Part shown: piece after piece, positions 18,897 through 29,727 of the stretch
How positions within the stretch are numbered: position 1 is the first letter of the stretch
Layout of the letters: each line of letters begins with the position of its first letter
DNA from: Cytophagales bacterium
GTDB lineage: Bacteria; Bacteroidota; Bacteroidia; Cytophagales; Spirosomataceae
Direction: 5' to 3'
Length of the DNA: 64,000 bases
Assembly (NCBI GenBank): GCA_038230755.1
Contig: JBBRMP010000002.1
Coordinates: 4,100 to 68,099 of the forward strand
Notes under the pieces: model-generated
What the model was told of the DNA's origin: nothing
Database searches by the model: none
Seen by the model: the letters and a program-made list of their open reading frames with translations, nothing else
Program-made: the position numbers and the translations under genes

Positions 18897-21800
18897 GATT
18901 AATCCGTTCTTCTGGTTCTGGAAAAGTGTCAACTGCATGAACCATGCCTTCAGTTAACGAATGTTCTTCTTCATCCTTGATTAGCTGACGGCCATCGGCC
19001 AGGCTACCAAAAATATAATAGAGGCCAGGGATGATGATGACCCCGAAAATGGTGCCGAATAACATGCCACCCATGGCCGAAGCCCCAATGGTACGGTTAC
19101 CAATGGCACCGGCCCCCGTGGCCCCAATCAGCGGAATCAGGCCCGCCACAAAGGCGAATGAGGTCATCAGGATAGGCCGGAAACGCACCTTTGCCCCGTC
19201 AATGGCAGCTTCCAGAATGGTGGCGCCTTGCTGTCGCTTCTGCACCGCAAATTCAACGATCAGCACGGCGTTTTTACCCAACAGACCCACCAGCATAATC
19301 AGGCCAATCTGGGCGTAGATGTTATTCTCCAGCCCCATGAGCTTCAGCAACAGAAACGACCCAAATACCCCAACCGGCAGCGATAACACGACCGCCAACG
19401 GAATGATGAAGCTTTCGTACTGGGCGGCCAACACGAAGTAGACGAAGGCCAGCACAATCGCAAACACATACAGCGACTCATTGCCCCGGATCGATTCGTC
19501 ATACGACAGCCCTTCAAAAGCGATATCATAGCCTCTTGGCAGTGTCTTGGTAGCTACTTCCCGGATGGCCTGGATGGCATCGGCCGTGGTGTAGCCTTTG
19601 GCCGGCAGACCCTGAATGGCGGATGAATTGTACAAATTGAACCGGGTGATTTCGTTCGGACCCTGCCCTTTTTTCAGCTTCATGAAAGCCGAGTAAGGCA
19701 CCATTTCGCCCGCATCGTTTTTCACAAACAGCTTTAACAAATCGGTGGGGAGCCGCCGGAAACTGGGGTCCGACTGCACATAGACCTTGAAGAACTGGTT
19801 GAACTTGATAAAGCCCTGTTCGTAGGTACTGCCAATGAGAATGTTGAGGTTATCCATCGCTTTGCCGATAGACACGCCTTTTTGCATGGCCAGCTTATTA
19901 TCAATCTCCAGTTCATACTGTGGGTAGTTGGCGGCGAAGAAGGTAAACAGGCCCGTAAGCTCTTTACGCTTGCCCAAATTCTCCATGAACTGCTTGTTGA
20001 TCTTGTCAAACTCAGCGTAATCCGTGTCAGATGTTTTATCCAGCATACGCATCGAAAAACCGCCCGATGTACCAAACCCAGGAATGGCGGGTGGTTCGAA
20101 GAATTCGACGGTGGACCCAAGGCTTTTCGATTTCACCTCCAGCTCCTCCATGATTTCCTTCACGGTATGATCGCGCTCCGACCAGGTTTTCAGGTTGATC
20201 AAACACGTACCTGCGTTAGAACCCCGGCCTTCGGTCATGATCTCGTAACCAGCCAGCGACGAGATGGACTCGATGCCCGGAACGCCTTCGCAGATCTTCT
20301 GAAGTCGGCGCGAGACCTCATTGGTTTTTTCCAGCGTAGACCCCGGCGGCGTCTGGATAATGGCATAAATCGTACTCTGGTCTTCGTTGGGAATAAAACC
20401 GGCTGGCAGTAGTTTATTCACCAGTACGATACCCAGACAAAATCCGATCAATATGCCAAATGTGATGACCCGGCGACTGACGATTAATCGCAGCAGACCC
20501 ACGTACCACCCGGTCATTTTATCAAAGCCCTGGTTGAACCGGTCGAGTGCTTTGGTCAGCAGGTTTTTCTTCCGGGATTTTCCATGATTGTTTTTCAGCA
20601 GGATGGCACACAACACCGGCGTAAGCGTGAGGGCAGTAATGGCCGAGATCACGATGGAACTGGCCATAGTGATGGAGAATTGTCGGTAGAACGTACCCAC
20701 CGGACCTGACATAAAGGAGATGGGCAGAAATACCGCTACCATCACCAGGGTAATGGCGATAATGGCTCCGCTAATCTCACCAAGCACTTTTTTAACCGCA
20801 CCAAAAGGCGAGATATGCGGATCTTCTTCAAACTTGGTATGCACGGCTTCCACCACCACAATCGCATTATCGACCACAATACCGATGGCAAGAACGAGGG
20901 CAAAGAGCGTGATTAAGTTGATGGAAATCCCGAAAAATTGAATGACAAAAAACGCCCCGATCAGCGATACCGGGACCGCCAGAATTGGGATCAGCGTAGA
21001 CCGCCAGTCGCCCAGAAAAACAAACACCACCAGGGCCACCAGGAGAAACGCGTCCCGTAGCGTATCGATCACCTGCTCGATAGATGCATCGAGGAAGTTA
21101 GACACGTCATAGCTGATTTTATAATCGACACCCGGCGGAAAAGAAGCCTTCATTATCTCCAGTTTCTTTTTCACTTCGGTAATTACATCGCTGGCGTTAC
21201 TACCATAGTTTTGCCGCAACACAATGGCCGCCGACGGATGGCCGTCCAGGTTAGAATAAATATCGAAGAATTCGCTGCCGAGTTCTACGTGGGCGATGTC
21301 TTTCAGGTGGATACTCTCACCGGCGGCGTTGGCCCGAACAATGATGGCTTCGTACTCTTCTGGTTTGTTGTACCGGCCTTTGTAAGTAAGCACGTATTCC
21401 AGCGACTGAGCCGCGATACCAGAGCTTTGCCCAATCCGCCCCGGTCGGCCAATGATGCTCTGCTCGCCAATCGATTTCATCACTTCCTCGACAGAGATGT
21501 TGTAGGCCCGCATCCGTTCGGGATTGAGCCACACGCGCATGGCATACCGCCGACTACCCAATATCTGCGCCCGTGCTACGCCTTTGGTCCGCTGAATTTC
21601 AGGGATCATTTTAACGGTAGCGTAGTTAAAGAGGAATTTTTCGTCAATGCTCTTTTCCTTGGAATACAGGTTGACGTACATCAGCATACTGGGCTGCACG
21701 GGTGAGATGATAACCCCCTCACGCTGAACTAGTTCGGGCAGCAGCGGCATCACCTGATCCACCCTGGTTTTCACCCGGATAACCGCCACGTTGGGGTCTG

Positions 21801-22092
21801 TGCCAGGTTCAAAAATGATGCGGAGCGTGGCCTCACCGGCACTCGTGGCGTCGGTGGCGATATAGCGCATATCCTGCACACCGTTGATAGCCTGTTCCAG
21901 AGTAATGAGCGTCGATTTCACCAGTACATCGGCACTGGCACCGGGATAAGCAATAAATATATTGACCGTGGTGGGGGCAATATCAGGAAATTGTGAGATC
22001 GGCAACCTCGTCATTGCCAGTATACCGACAAAGACGATCATGACCGATATCACAATGGCGAATACAGGTCGACGTATGAATTTACTAAACAT
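18871..22092 (-). CDS. RND efflux permease (AcrB/HAE1 family)
   Basis: FIRRPVFAIVI, GIVVDNAIVVVE, KNAVLIVEFA, RFRPILMTS. Confidence 0.96.
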   Translation of the reverse strand: MFSKFIRRPVFAIVISVMIVFVGILAMTRLPISQFPDIAPTTVNIFIAYPGASADVLVKSTLITLEQAINGVQDMRYIATDATSAGEATLRIIFEPGTDPNVAVIRVKTRVDQVMPLLPELVQREGVIISPVQPSMLMYVNLYSKEKSIDEKFLFNYATVKMIPEIQRTKGVARAQILGSRRYAMRVWLNPERMRAYNISVEEVMKSIGEQSIIGRPGRIGQSSGIAAQSLEYVLTYKGRYNKPEEYEAIIVRANAAGESIHLKDIAHVELGSEFFDIYSNLDGHPSAAIVLRQNYGSNASDVITEVKKKLEIMKASFPPGVDYKISYDVSNFLDASIEQVIDTLRDAFLLVALVVFVFLGDWRSTLIPILAVPVSLIGAFFVIQFFGISINLITLFALVLAIGIVVDNAIVVVEAVHTKFEEDPHISPFGAVKKVLGEISGAIIAITLVMVAVFLPISFMSGPVGTFYRQFSITMASSIVISAITALTLTPVLCAILLKNNHGKSRKKNLLTKALDRFNQGFDKMTGWYVGLLRLIVSRRVITFGILIGFCLGIVLVNKLLPAGFIPNEDQSTIYAIIQTPPGSTLEKTNEVSRRLQKICEGVPGIESISSLAGYEIMTEGRGSNAGTCLINLKTWSERDHTVKEIMEELEVKSKSLGSTVEFFEPPAIPGFGTSGGFSMRMLDKTSDTDYAEFDKINKQFMENLGKRKELTGLFTFFAANYPQYELEIDNKLAMQKGVSIGKAMDNLNILIGSTYEQGFIKFNQFFKVYVQSDPSFRRLPTDLLKLFVKNDAGEMVPYSAFMKLKKGQGPNEITRFNLYNSSAIQGLPAKGYTTADAIQAIREVATKTLPRGYDIAFEGLSYDESIRGNESLYVFAIVLAFVYFVLAAQYESFIIPLAVVLSLPVGVFGSFLLLKLMGLENNIYAQIGLIMLVGLLGKNAVLIVEFAVQKRQQGATILEAAIDGAKVRFRPILMTSFAFVAGLIPLIGATGAGAIGNRTIGASAMGGMLFGTIFGVIIIPGLYYIFGSLADGRQLIKDEEEHSLTEGMVHAVDTFPEPEERINHVEEANHI

Positions 22093-22116
22093 GGCCTCTT
22101 TTTTTACGCAAGCTGA

Positions 22117-23220
22117 TTATTCGGCATACAGACCTAAATGAGCGATAACTTCACCGGGCTGCTCAAACTTGACGTGTATTTTTTCATTTTCTTTTACCTG
22201 ACGTAGGCCTTCCAGCAAAATCCTGTCGTCTTTATTCAGGCCCGATTTGACGGCAAAAATATGCGGCATTTCGGCGGCAATCGTGATCTCCCTTGACCGG
22301 ATCACGTTGTCTTTATCCACCACATACACGTACTTCTTTTCGAGTACTTCGAAGGTGGCTTTCTGGGGAATAAGCAGGGCATTTTTGAGCGGTACTGTCA
22401 TGCGAATATTACCCGTTTCGCCGTGGCGCAACAGGCCTTTGGGGTTCGGGAAGGTGGCCCGGAACGCGATGTTGCCGGTTTCGTTGTTGAAATCAGCTTC
22501 GATGGTCTGCACCACGCCGGGATACTGAAAAATCTCATCGTTCGCCATCACCAGGTTGACGTTCTTCATATTATCCTGGTTGGCATGGCTTTTAAAATTC
22601 AGGTATTCAGCTTCCGGCACGTTGAAATACACCCACATCTTGCTATTGTCCGACAGTGTCGTCAGCAAAGCGCCCTCATCGACCAGGCTCCCCTGTCGCA
22701 CCTGGAAATGGTCCATGATGCCAGTGAAAGGCGCTTTGATGGTGGTAAACTGCAGGTGCGTTTTGGCCAGGGATACATCAGCCTTCACTTTGTCGAATTT
22801 TGCCTTAGCCAGGGCCAGTTCATTCTTCGAGACAATGTTGCTATCGGCCAGTTGTTTGGTGTTCTGGTATTCGATACCTACATAATTGGCTTCAGCCTGT
22901 GATTTCTGGAGTTCGGCGTTGTAGATCAACGGCATGATCTGAAACATCAATTGCCCCTGTCGCACCGATTGTCCTTCGTCCACAAAAATCTTTTGCAGGT
23001 AGCCTTTCTCCAGCGCCCGCATTTCGATGTGCTGGATGGCGTGAATCTGACACACGTAATCTTTGGTAACCGTCGTATCTCTCCTCAGAGGACTGGTAAC
23101 CAGATAGTTGACTACGGCCTCTTTTTCGCCTTCTTTCTCCGCTGCTTTTGTGCCACAGCCGGTATGGCCCAATACGGCCCACAAGCTCAGGAGTGTAATG
23201 ATGCTGGTTCTCTTTAACAT
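22117..23220 (-). CDS. RND periplasmic adaptor (MFP)
   Basis: Lipoprotein-type N-terminus, IKAPFTG, FPNPKGLLRHG. Confidence 0.94.
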   Translation of the reverse strand: MLKRTSIITLLSLWAVLGHTGCGTKAAEKEGEKEAVVNYLVTSPLRRDTTVTKDYVCQIHAIQHIEMRALEKGYLQKIFVDEGQSVRQGQLMFQIMPLIYNAELQKSQAEANYVGIEYQNTKQLADSNIVSKNELALAKAKFDKVKADVSLAKTHLQFTTIKAPFTGIMDHFQVRQGSLVDEGALLTTLSDNSKMWVYFNVPEAEYLNFKSHANQDNMKNVNLVMANDEIFQYPGVVQTIEADFNNETGNIAFRATFPNPKGLLRHGETGNIRMTVPLKNALLIPQKATFEVLEKKYVYVVDKDNVIRSREITIAAEMPHIFAVKSGLNKDDRILLEGLRQVKENEKIHVKFEQPGEVIAHLGLYAE

Positions 23221-23250
23221 GGTCTTATTTTTTGTATTTGGCTGGATGCA

Positions 23251-23546
23251 CTAGTTTATGCTGACTTGCTGAACAGGGGCCGCCGAGTTTGGGAGTACGG
23301 TGGGTGCCTGCTTCATCTGGCGCAGGCTGTCTTTCTGTTGGTTAGCTCAGCGGCACGCTCAATCATCCTGTTGCCACTCATGATCTGCCGGGCGGGCCAG
23401 GGCACCCAATTCATAGGCGTATAGGCTTCGTAGGCGGCTTTGCTCAACCAGCAAAACCCGTTGACCAACAGCGAAAGAGCGAGTACCAGTCCGAAGCCGT
23501 AAAGCAAAATTGAAGGGAATATCCGGCGAGGCATAGCTTGTATCAT
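23251..23546 (-). pseudogene. Small membrane-anchored protein upstream of the RND operon, probably frameshifted
   Basis: TM LLYGFGLVLALSLLVNGF; a plausible continuation lies in another frame with stops. Confidence 0.35.
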
Positions 23547-23576
23547 TGTCTACTGATGCAAAGCAACCACCACGAC

Positions 23577-23618
23577 ATTAAAATGGCATGAGAAGGAAAT
23601 GAAAAGATATTAAAATGG
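23577..23618. promoter_or_regulatory. Four ~11-bp-period direct repeats, putative response-regulator site
   Basis: attaaaatgg / atgagaagga / atgaaaagat / attaaaatgg upstream of the efflux operon. Confidence 0.5.
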
Positions 23619-23883
23619 TGCTGCTCTTTACCCTATTTACTGCACCAAAACAGCATTTATACTTTGAATAGTACTATTTTGCGGTATATCGTGTAGAGAA
23701 GGTAAGTAGCCGTTAGTCAAGCTGCGGCAAGGCCCGGCGGGCCGCACTCGCCAATTCTCTGACCCCGCTCACGTTTTGGCTATAAGCCATAACACCGATA
23801 GATTTAGCTACCTATGCTGCCTGGATTCACCCGACTTTTGTCTCGCAGTATTCATAGCACAACAAGTTCAACAACAAACAACG

Positions 23884-24597
23884 ATGATCTTAATAACAGG
23901 GTCCACGGGTAAATCAGGCAATGCCGTTATCCGGCAGCTTCTCCAGAAAACAGTCGCCAATCAGATTGCCGCCCTTGTTCGGGACGAAGCCAAAGCGGCT
24001 GACCTGAAAGCCAAAGGAATAAACCTGCGCGTGGGGAGTTACGACGACATGGCCTCGCTCGACAAGGCCATGCAGGGCATCGAAACGGTGTTGTTAATAG
24101 CGGGCACCGACGAGGAGAAACGCCTTCAGCAGCATCAGCACGTGGTGGATGCCGCCAAACGGGCAGGGGTTCGCTGTATTGCCTACACGAGTCGGACGCT
24201 GAAAGACAAAAACACGCCGGTCATCAGTTGATGTTGGGTCATTTTCAGACCGAAGATTACATCAAGGCGAGCGGGTTGCCATACGCAACGTCTTGTATAT
24301 GGACGTTATCCCCCAATTTGTGGGGCCAACCGTGTTTGAGCAGGGTATTTATTTGCCCGCCGGTCAGGGACGAGTAGCCTTCGCTCTACGTAGTGATATG
24401 GGCGAAGCCATTGCCAATGCGCTTGTGAAGAGCAACTGCACGAACCAGACCTACATGCTCACGGGTAATGAGACGTATTCGTTCGACGATATAGCGGCGG
24501 CCCTCACGACATTGTCGGGTAAAACCGTGACGTATACCCCTGCCGAAAAATCGGCTTTTGAGGCGCAACTCAAAGGACGTAGCCTGCCCGCCGTTAC
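23884..24597 (+). pseudogene. NmrA/QorB-like SDR oxidoreductase, frameshifted and 3'-truncated
   Basis: MILITGSTGKSG Rossmann start; split into two ORFs; family-like sequence ends at an IS3-type end. Confidence 0.85.
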
Positions 24598-24622
24598 TGT
24601 ATCATCCTGGAAAAAGTTGACC
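24598..24622. mobile_element. Isolated IS3-family terminal inverted repeat
   Basis: TGTATCATCCTGGAAAAAGTTGACC, 18/25 identical to the IS3 end at 56647. Confidence 0.65.
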
Positions 24623-24822
24623 GTACCTTGCTTAACTTCTGAAGTCATTAAATCAACCACCCATCAAAAAGTACGAACTGACCATCCGATAGCTGGTTAC
24701 CGAACTTCACCAGCGCAAACTCAACCTGGACCAGACTGCGGCCAGGTGCGAAGCCACACGACGAGTGTATAACCCTGAAAACCAAGTAATTATGTTAGTA
24801 CGCTGAAGCAGTTGAGGCTTGC

Positions 24823-25293
24823 TCAACCAGCTAACCTCCAGAGTCGCCGGTCAACCGGTTGCACCTCTTGGCTCACCAGTTTGATTTGGTCAAAAAGTGG
24901 ATGCAGAGGGTGAAGCAGGATATTATACGACAACGGTACTAAAACCGAGGGCAGGCCAATGCCCAGTCGGTCCGGTACACCCAACCTGTCTTTCAGCCAT
25001 GCCTGCGTCCGATCATAGGTGTCGTCCTGCCAGTAGGGAGGCAATTCCTCCCGCTGATAATAGTGAATATCGTCGGGCACGTCCAGGGAGAACACCCAGT
25101 AGGTAGGCAACTCCTCATAGCGCACGGCCGGAGCATGAGCCAAGGTTTCTACCAGGCCTAATTCGGGGCTAGAGGTGGCATAGAGCACCCCAACGCCTTT
25201 CGGACTCCAGCGCCCACCATAGAGGCGACTACCGACGACGGAGAGGGGTTCCTGGCGATATTTGTCCCGAATGATGCGGTAGAGGGTGGGCAT
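24823..25293 (-). CDS. RES-domain toxin (NAD+ phosphorylase type)
   Basis: LYRI, GGRW, LVETL, PSVLVP, NILLHPLHP. Confidence 0.9.
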   Translation of the reverse strand: MPTLYRIIRDKYRQEPLSVVGSRLYGGRWSPKGVGVLYATSSPELGLVETLAHAPAVRYEELPTYWVFSLDVPDDIHYYQREELPPYWQDDTYDRTQAWLKDRLGVPDRLGIGLPSVLVPLSYNILLHPLHPLFDQIKLVSQEVQPVDRRLWRLAG

Positions 25294-25301
25294 AAGAACA
25301 C

Positions 25302-25715
25302 CTAAGCAGGTAAACCGTAATCCAGCCGACCCAGCACATCATCCACTAATCCAAACCCCGTCACCGTGTCAAGGAGTTGGAGCGGGGCTTGACTGGCTAG
25401 TTCACGAATCGGTGTTCGGAGCCAGGCTACTACGGTGGTCTTTCGGTCTTCAAAGGTGTCCAGGGCGTGGACCAGCAAATTCCTCAGCAAGAGCAGTCGT
25501 TCTGAGGCATCGACGCTAAAGCGCTGGTCATCCTTGAGTCGATGCAGATTACGGGGCGTCATGTTGAGGGCATAGGCCATTTCCTTATCGGTTAGGCCGA
25601 CCAGCGCAGCCACCTCGTCGACCTCCGAGCGCATCAGGCCCTGGCGGGAGGACTGAACCAAGGTAAATGGCGAAGAGTGGAGATGGTTGCCAGCAGGTAC
25701 TTGGGTCGCTTCCAT
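25302..25715 (-). CDS. Xre/MbcA/ParS-like antitoxin
   Basis: HTH, SERLL, WLRTPIREL..QAPLQLLDT..G..LV..VLGRLDYG. Confidence 0.9.
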   Translation of the reverse strand: MEATQVPAGNHLHSSPFTLVQSSRQGLMRSEVDEVAALVGLTDKEMAYALNMTPRNLHRLKDDQRFSVDASERLLLLRNLLVHALDTFEDRKTTVVAWLRTPIRELASQAPLQLLDTVTGFGLVDDVLGRLDYGLPA

Positions 25716-25931
25716 GCGGTGAAGGAATTAAGTCACAAAGATAAGTGAAATAAGTCATTACCCACCTCTATCCATGTTGCCTAGCCCATCTCAACGATAG
25801 GTTGCCTAATGCCAAGGCTTAACGCGTGTTGAAAAATCAGCGAGACCTTGCTTGACGGGTGTACTGAAAAAATGGCTGATTCTAGCAGGACGGTGTACTG
25901 AGGAAATCGTATTGAGGCGTCTGAAACCAAG

Positions 25932-25967
25932 AAAGCTGCTCACGCATGATCATGCGTGAGCAGCTTT
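25932..25967. repeat. Perfect 36-bp palindrome with no spacer
   Basis: aaagctgctcacgcatgatcatgcgtgagcagcttt equals its own reverse complement. Confidence 0.9.
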
Positions 25968-26014
25968 GGGATGTCTGGCACAAATCACCTGATTTTTTTC
26001 CTGAGGAGATTCTT

Positions 26015-26039
26015 TGACCCGCCCTGAAAAGCGTTGACA
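26015..26039 (+). mobile_element. IS3-type terminal inverted repeat, left border of the glycan island
   Basis: TGACCCGCCCTGAAAAGCGTTGACA, 21/25 identical to the reverse complement of 56615-56639. Confidence 0.75.
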
Positions 26040-26214
26040 ATACTGCATGGTGAAACATTTTCCTAGAATGTTGGCAAATACTCTTATTTCTGGCAGGTCT
26101 GTCATATTGAGCCTGATGACCGGTACCGAATGACAAGTAGGCCAGTGCCGGTGTAGAATTACAGTAGAAACCCTAAATTTCCATCTACAAAATTTAGGTT
26201 AGTGTTCATCCTTA

Positions 26215-27999
26215 ATGCAGTCTCCCGGCAAAACCCTTATGAGAGCCTCAGCAGCCCTTTCCCTTTTTCTTCTGTTCCTGACCGGTGAAGTACTGGCCCA
26301 GTCAGTAGATTTAGTCTCGTACCAGGAGTTGCCCGACCCGAAACCAGTCGATAAAACCAGTTGGTCAGCACTAAAAGCCGGGTACCATTTCAGCTTTACT
26401 ACCGCCGACATTCGGTACGGGAAACACAGTGCTCCAGACCCGTCACTGGCGCAGGTAAGCTGGAAGACCAATGCCTGGAAAGGCGAGAGGGTACACACCC
26501 AGGCACTGCTCTGGAGTACATCCGCGATGCCCCGGGTGAAACTGAGCTGGTCGGAACTGAAAGACGACAAAGGCAGTGCCATTCCAGCAAGTCAGGTTTT
26601 GGCCCGTTTCATTCGGTTTGTCATGACGGATGGGTTAAATCCGGAAGGGAATAACTGCGACAAGCGGCCGGTTGGTAAATATGATTCATCCCTAGTCGCA
26701 GACCCTATCGACTTCGTTCAAGTGCGGGACGTGCCGCAGCAAACCACTCAACCAGTCTGGCTGAGTGTGGCGGTTCCGGCGACGGCCCTGACCGGGCGGT
26801 ACGTGGGCACCCTGACGGCCACAAGTCCGTCAATGCCCAAACCAATCGTTTTGTCGTACAGCATCAACGTACAGCATCGTAGGCTGCCCGCTCCGAAAGA
26901 CTGGAAGTTTCATCTGGATTTATGGCAGAATCCGTACTCGGTAGCGCGGGTGCATGGCGTGAAGGTATGGTCGAAGGAGCATATGGAGCTTATGCGGCCG
27001 TACATGAAAATGCTGGCTGATGCCGGGCAAAAGTCCATTACGGCCACCATTATCAACGACCCCTGGCAGAGTCAGACGGAGGATGTGTACGGGTCGATGG
27101 TGAACTGGACGAAAAAGAAAGACGGCACCTGGGCATACGATTATACGATTTTCGACCAGTGGGTAAATTACATGATCGACCTGGGTATCGATAAGTTTAT
27201 CAACTGTTACAGCATGATTCCCTGGAACTTAAAATTTAGTTATTACGATGAGGCTACCCAAAAAGATACGTTCATAATCGCTAAAACGGGTACACCCGAA
27301 TACGAAGCGCACTGGCGACCCATGCTAACCGACTTTGCCAGACACCTGAAACAGAAAGGCTGGTTTGAAAAAACAACCATCGCCATGGATGAACGGCCGA
27401 TGAAAGCCATGCAACAGGCACTGGCATTAATCAAAGGGGTCGATACGAATTTTCGGGTCTCGCTGGCGGGTAACTACCACCCCGAACTGGCAGCGGACTT
27501 GATTGATTACTCCGTGGCCACAAACCAGACAATTGATGCCCCGATCATGCAACGCCGTCAGCAGGCTGGCTTTAACACTACTTACTATACCTGCTGCGTT
27601 GAACACAACCCGAATACATTCACGTTTTCTCCCCCGGCCGAAGCGACGTTTATCAGTTGGTATGCGGCCAATAAAGGGTATGACGGCTACCTGCGCTGGG
27701 CCTACAACTGCTGGGTAAAAGATCCCTTACTGGATTCCCGTTTCCGGACCTGGGCCGCTGGTGATACGTACATTGTTTACCCGGGTCCGCGAACCTCCAT
27801 CCGCTTTGAGCGACTTATTGAGGGCATTCAGGATTACGAAAAAATACGTATTCTACGCGCTGAATTTGCGGCGAAGGGTCAGGCGGACAAAGCCCGGCAG
27901 CTCGAAAAAGCGTTGAGCCAGTTCGATATATCTACCCTAACCAGTACATCAGCGGCTGACGTGCTCAATCCCGCCAAAGCACTTCTCAATTCGCTCTAA
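26215..27999 (+). CDS. GH123-like (DUF4091) glycoside hydrolase, putative beta-N-acetylgalactosaminidase
   Basis: Signal peptide, AWKGER, LDLWQNP, AMDER, YYTCC, GYLRWAYN, EGIQDYEK. Confidence 0.8.
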   Translation: MQSPGKTLMRASAALSLFLLFLTGEVLAQSVDLVSYQELPDPKPVDKTSWSALKAGYHFSFTTADIRYGKHSAPDPSLAQVSWKTNAWKGERVHTQALLWSTSAMPRVKLSWSELKDDKGSAIPASQVLARFIRFVMTDGLNPEGNNCDKRPVGKYDSSLVADPIDFVQVRDVPQQTTQPVWLSVAVPATALTGRYVGTLTATSPSMPKPIVLSYSINVQHRRLPAPKDWKFHLDLWQNPYSVARVHGVKVWSKEHMELMRPYMKMLADAGQKSITATIINDPWQSQTEDVYGSMVNWTKKKDGTWAYDYTIFDQWVNYMIDLGIDKFINCYSMIPWNLKFSYYDEATQKDTFIIAKTGTPEYEAHWRPMLTDFARHLKQKGWFEKTTIAMDERPMKAMQQALALIKGVDTNFRVSLAGNYHPELAADLIDYSVATNQTIDAPIMQRRQQAGFNTTYYTCCVEHNPNTFTFSPPAEATFISWYAANKGYDGYLRWAYNCWVKDPLLDSRFRTWAAGDTYIVYPGPRTSIRFERLIEGIQDYEKIRILRAEFAAKGQADKARQLEKALSQFDISTLTSTSAADVLNPAKALLNSL

Positions 28000-28060
28000 C
28001 AGATTCCTGATACTCCCGTTTTCAGACACGACACGAGAGACGGTTGGATGGCTTATCCCG

Positions 28061-29694
28061 TCAGCGGCTGCGGTTGAAGTAAGGCAATCGGTCGAGGGGA
28101 CGGCGATGGTTTTTACGGCTGGACCCACCACGATGCTATCATCATCGCTCACCCAGTTGCCTTGGGGAAACGTAATGGACCGGCTTCGGGCTCCTTTTTG
28201 CACCACCGGAGCCACCAAAATATCCGTGCCGAGCATAAACTGGTCGATGGTACGGCCATAATCGGCATCGGGGTAATTACAGCGCATGGAGCGCGCAATG
28301 GGTTCACCCGTTTTGGCTGATTGCCGGGCAAGTTCCACAAGTTTTGGTCCGAACTGCTGGTGGAGTTTGGCGGCCTTTAGGCAAATTGCATTTTGCTCTG
28401 GAGTTAGTATCCGCCAGGGTGCCACCGATAACTGCATCAGCGGCATCAGCGCATGTACCTGCGCCGAGCGGACAATCAACTCCCGGTCTAACGTTGATTC
28501 ATCCGAAAACGCCATCCATTGTCCCCCACCAATCATGTCGGGGCAGGTGAAAGCGTACCCCATCAACCCCTGCGCCAAAATACCCGGAATCAGTTGGCGC
28601 AGGTCACCCCAGGAGTGGTCTTTGTCGCTCAGCCGCTGCACGAGCTGCGTACCCGCCATTTTGAACGATACCCGGTATTCATTAAATGCATACTACAGAC
28701 CAATCTGCCCGAACAGTTTCGTGTGGTCGTTGGGTGTGGCCGAATTGCGCGACACCACGCTGTCGGCGTAGTACCGGGCGTCGCCCACGTCGAACTTGAA
28801 GCCACCGACATCGTATTCCGTAACGAGGTGATCCAGCCGGTTGTTGAACCAGATGTTCGCGTCAGGATTAGTCAAATCGAGCACCCCGCTGAGCCATTCC
28901 ACCAGTGAACAATGACCGCTTTGTCCTGCGTGTCCTTCGACCAATCGACGGGTTTGTCGTACTGATTACGAAGCAGCAACAGGCCCTTCCTGGCCAGATA
29001 CCGGAAGTTTTCGGAGTCGGGGCTGACAAACGAGCAAATCCAGAGCATGACCTTGAAGCCCATGCTGTGCAGTTTGGCCATCATACCTTTGGGGTCCTTG
29101 AACCGGCTTGCCGAAAATTCCCAGTTGCCGTAGTTAGCCTGCCACGTATTGTCAATCATCAGCACGCCGGGCGGGTAACCGTTGTCGATGATTTGCTGGG
29201 CGTAGGCCAGAATTCTGTCTTCCTGCTGCTCGTATTTTAGCTCAATCCAAGTGTTGTGTACTGGAGCACCGCAAACATAGCTGTATCAGGAATCTGGCCG
29301 TTGGGTGGGAAAAACGTTTTCGATGCGTACCGATACGCCGACGCCAGATAGTTGCCCGTCTGCCCGTGTGTTACGTCACCTTTCCGGCTGGTGACGGTTA
29401 GTTACCGGCGTTGAAATTGTACTTGATGGGGTCTTCGCACCAGACGTAGCGGCCCCGGCTGGAGATGAGCAGCGGCTGCGCCTGGTTCTCGTCGTTATTG
29501 CCCCACATATCCCGCGCCAGTTTGATCAGGCTGGTGTAGGGCATTTTTCCGGCATCGTGGCTAAGGCCGCCCCACCACTGTTCGCCAGGAAGTAGCGTGG
29601 TCTCGTAGCTGCTGCCAACTGACTTTGTCTGACTGAATGCCGGGTTAATGCCTGCCAGGAAAAGCAGAAGAATGACAATTGGTGTACGACTCAT
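28061..29694 (-). pseudogene. GH31-family glycosidase pseudogene
   Basis: Fragments WWGG, LMIDNTWQ, FKFDVGD, CPDMIGGG, DQFMLG; about four frameshifts plus one TAG at 28693. Confidence 0.88.
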
Positions 29695-29727
29695 GTTAGT
29701 TAAAATTGGTAGGTATCCCGATTCGTT

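Noticed and set aside
25882-26136. 84-aa ORF at the island border
   Set aside because: It spans the palindrome and the IS end and has no protein-like features.
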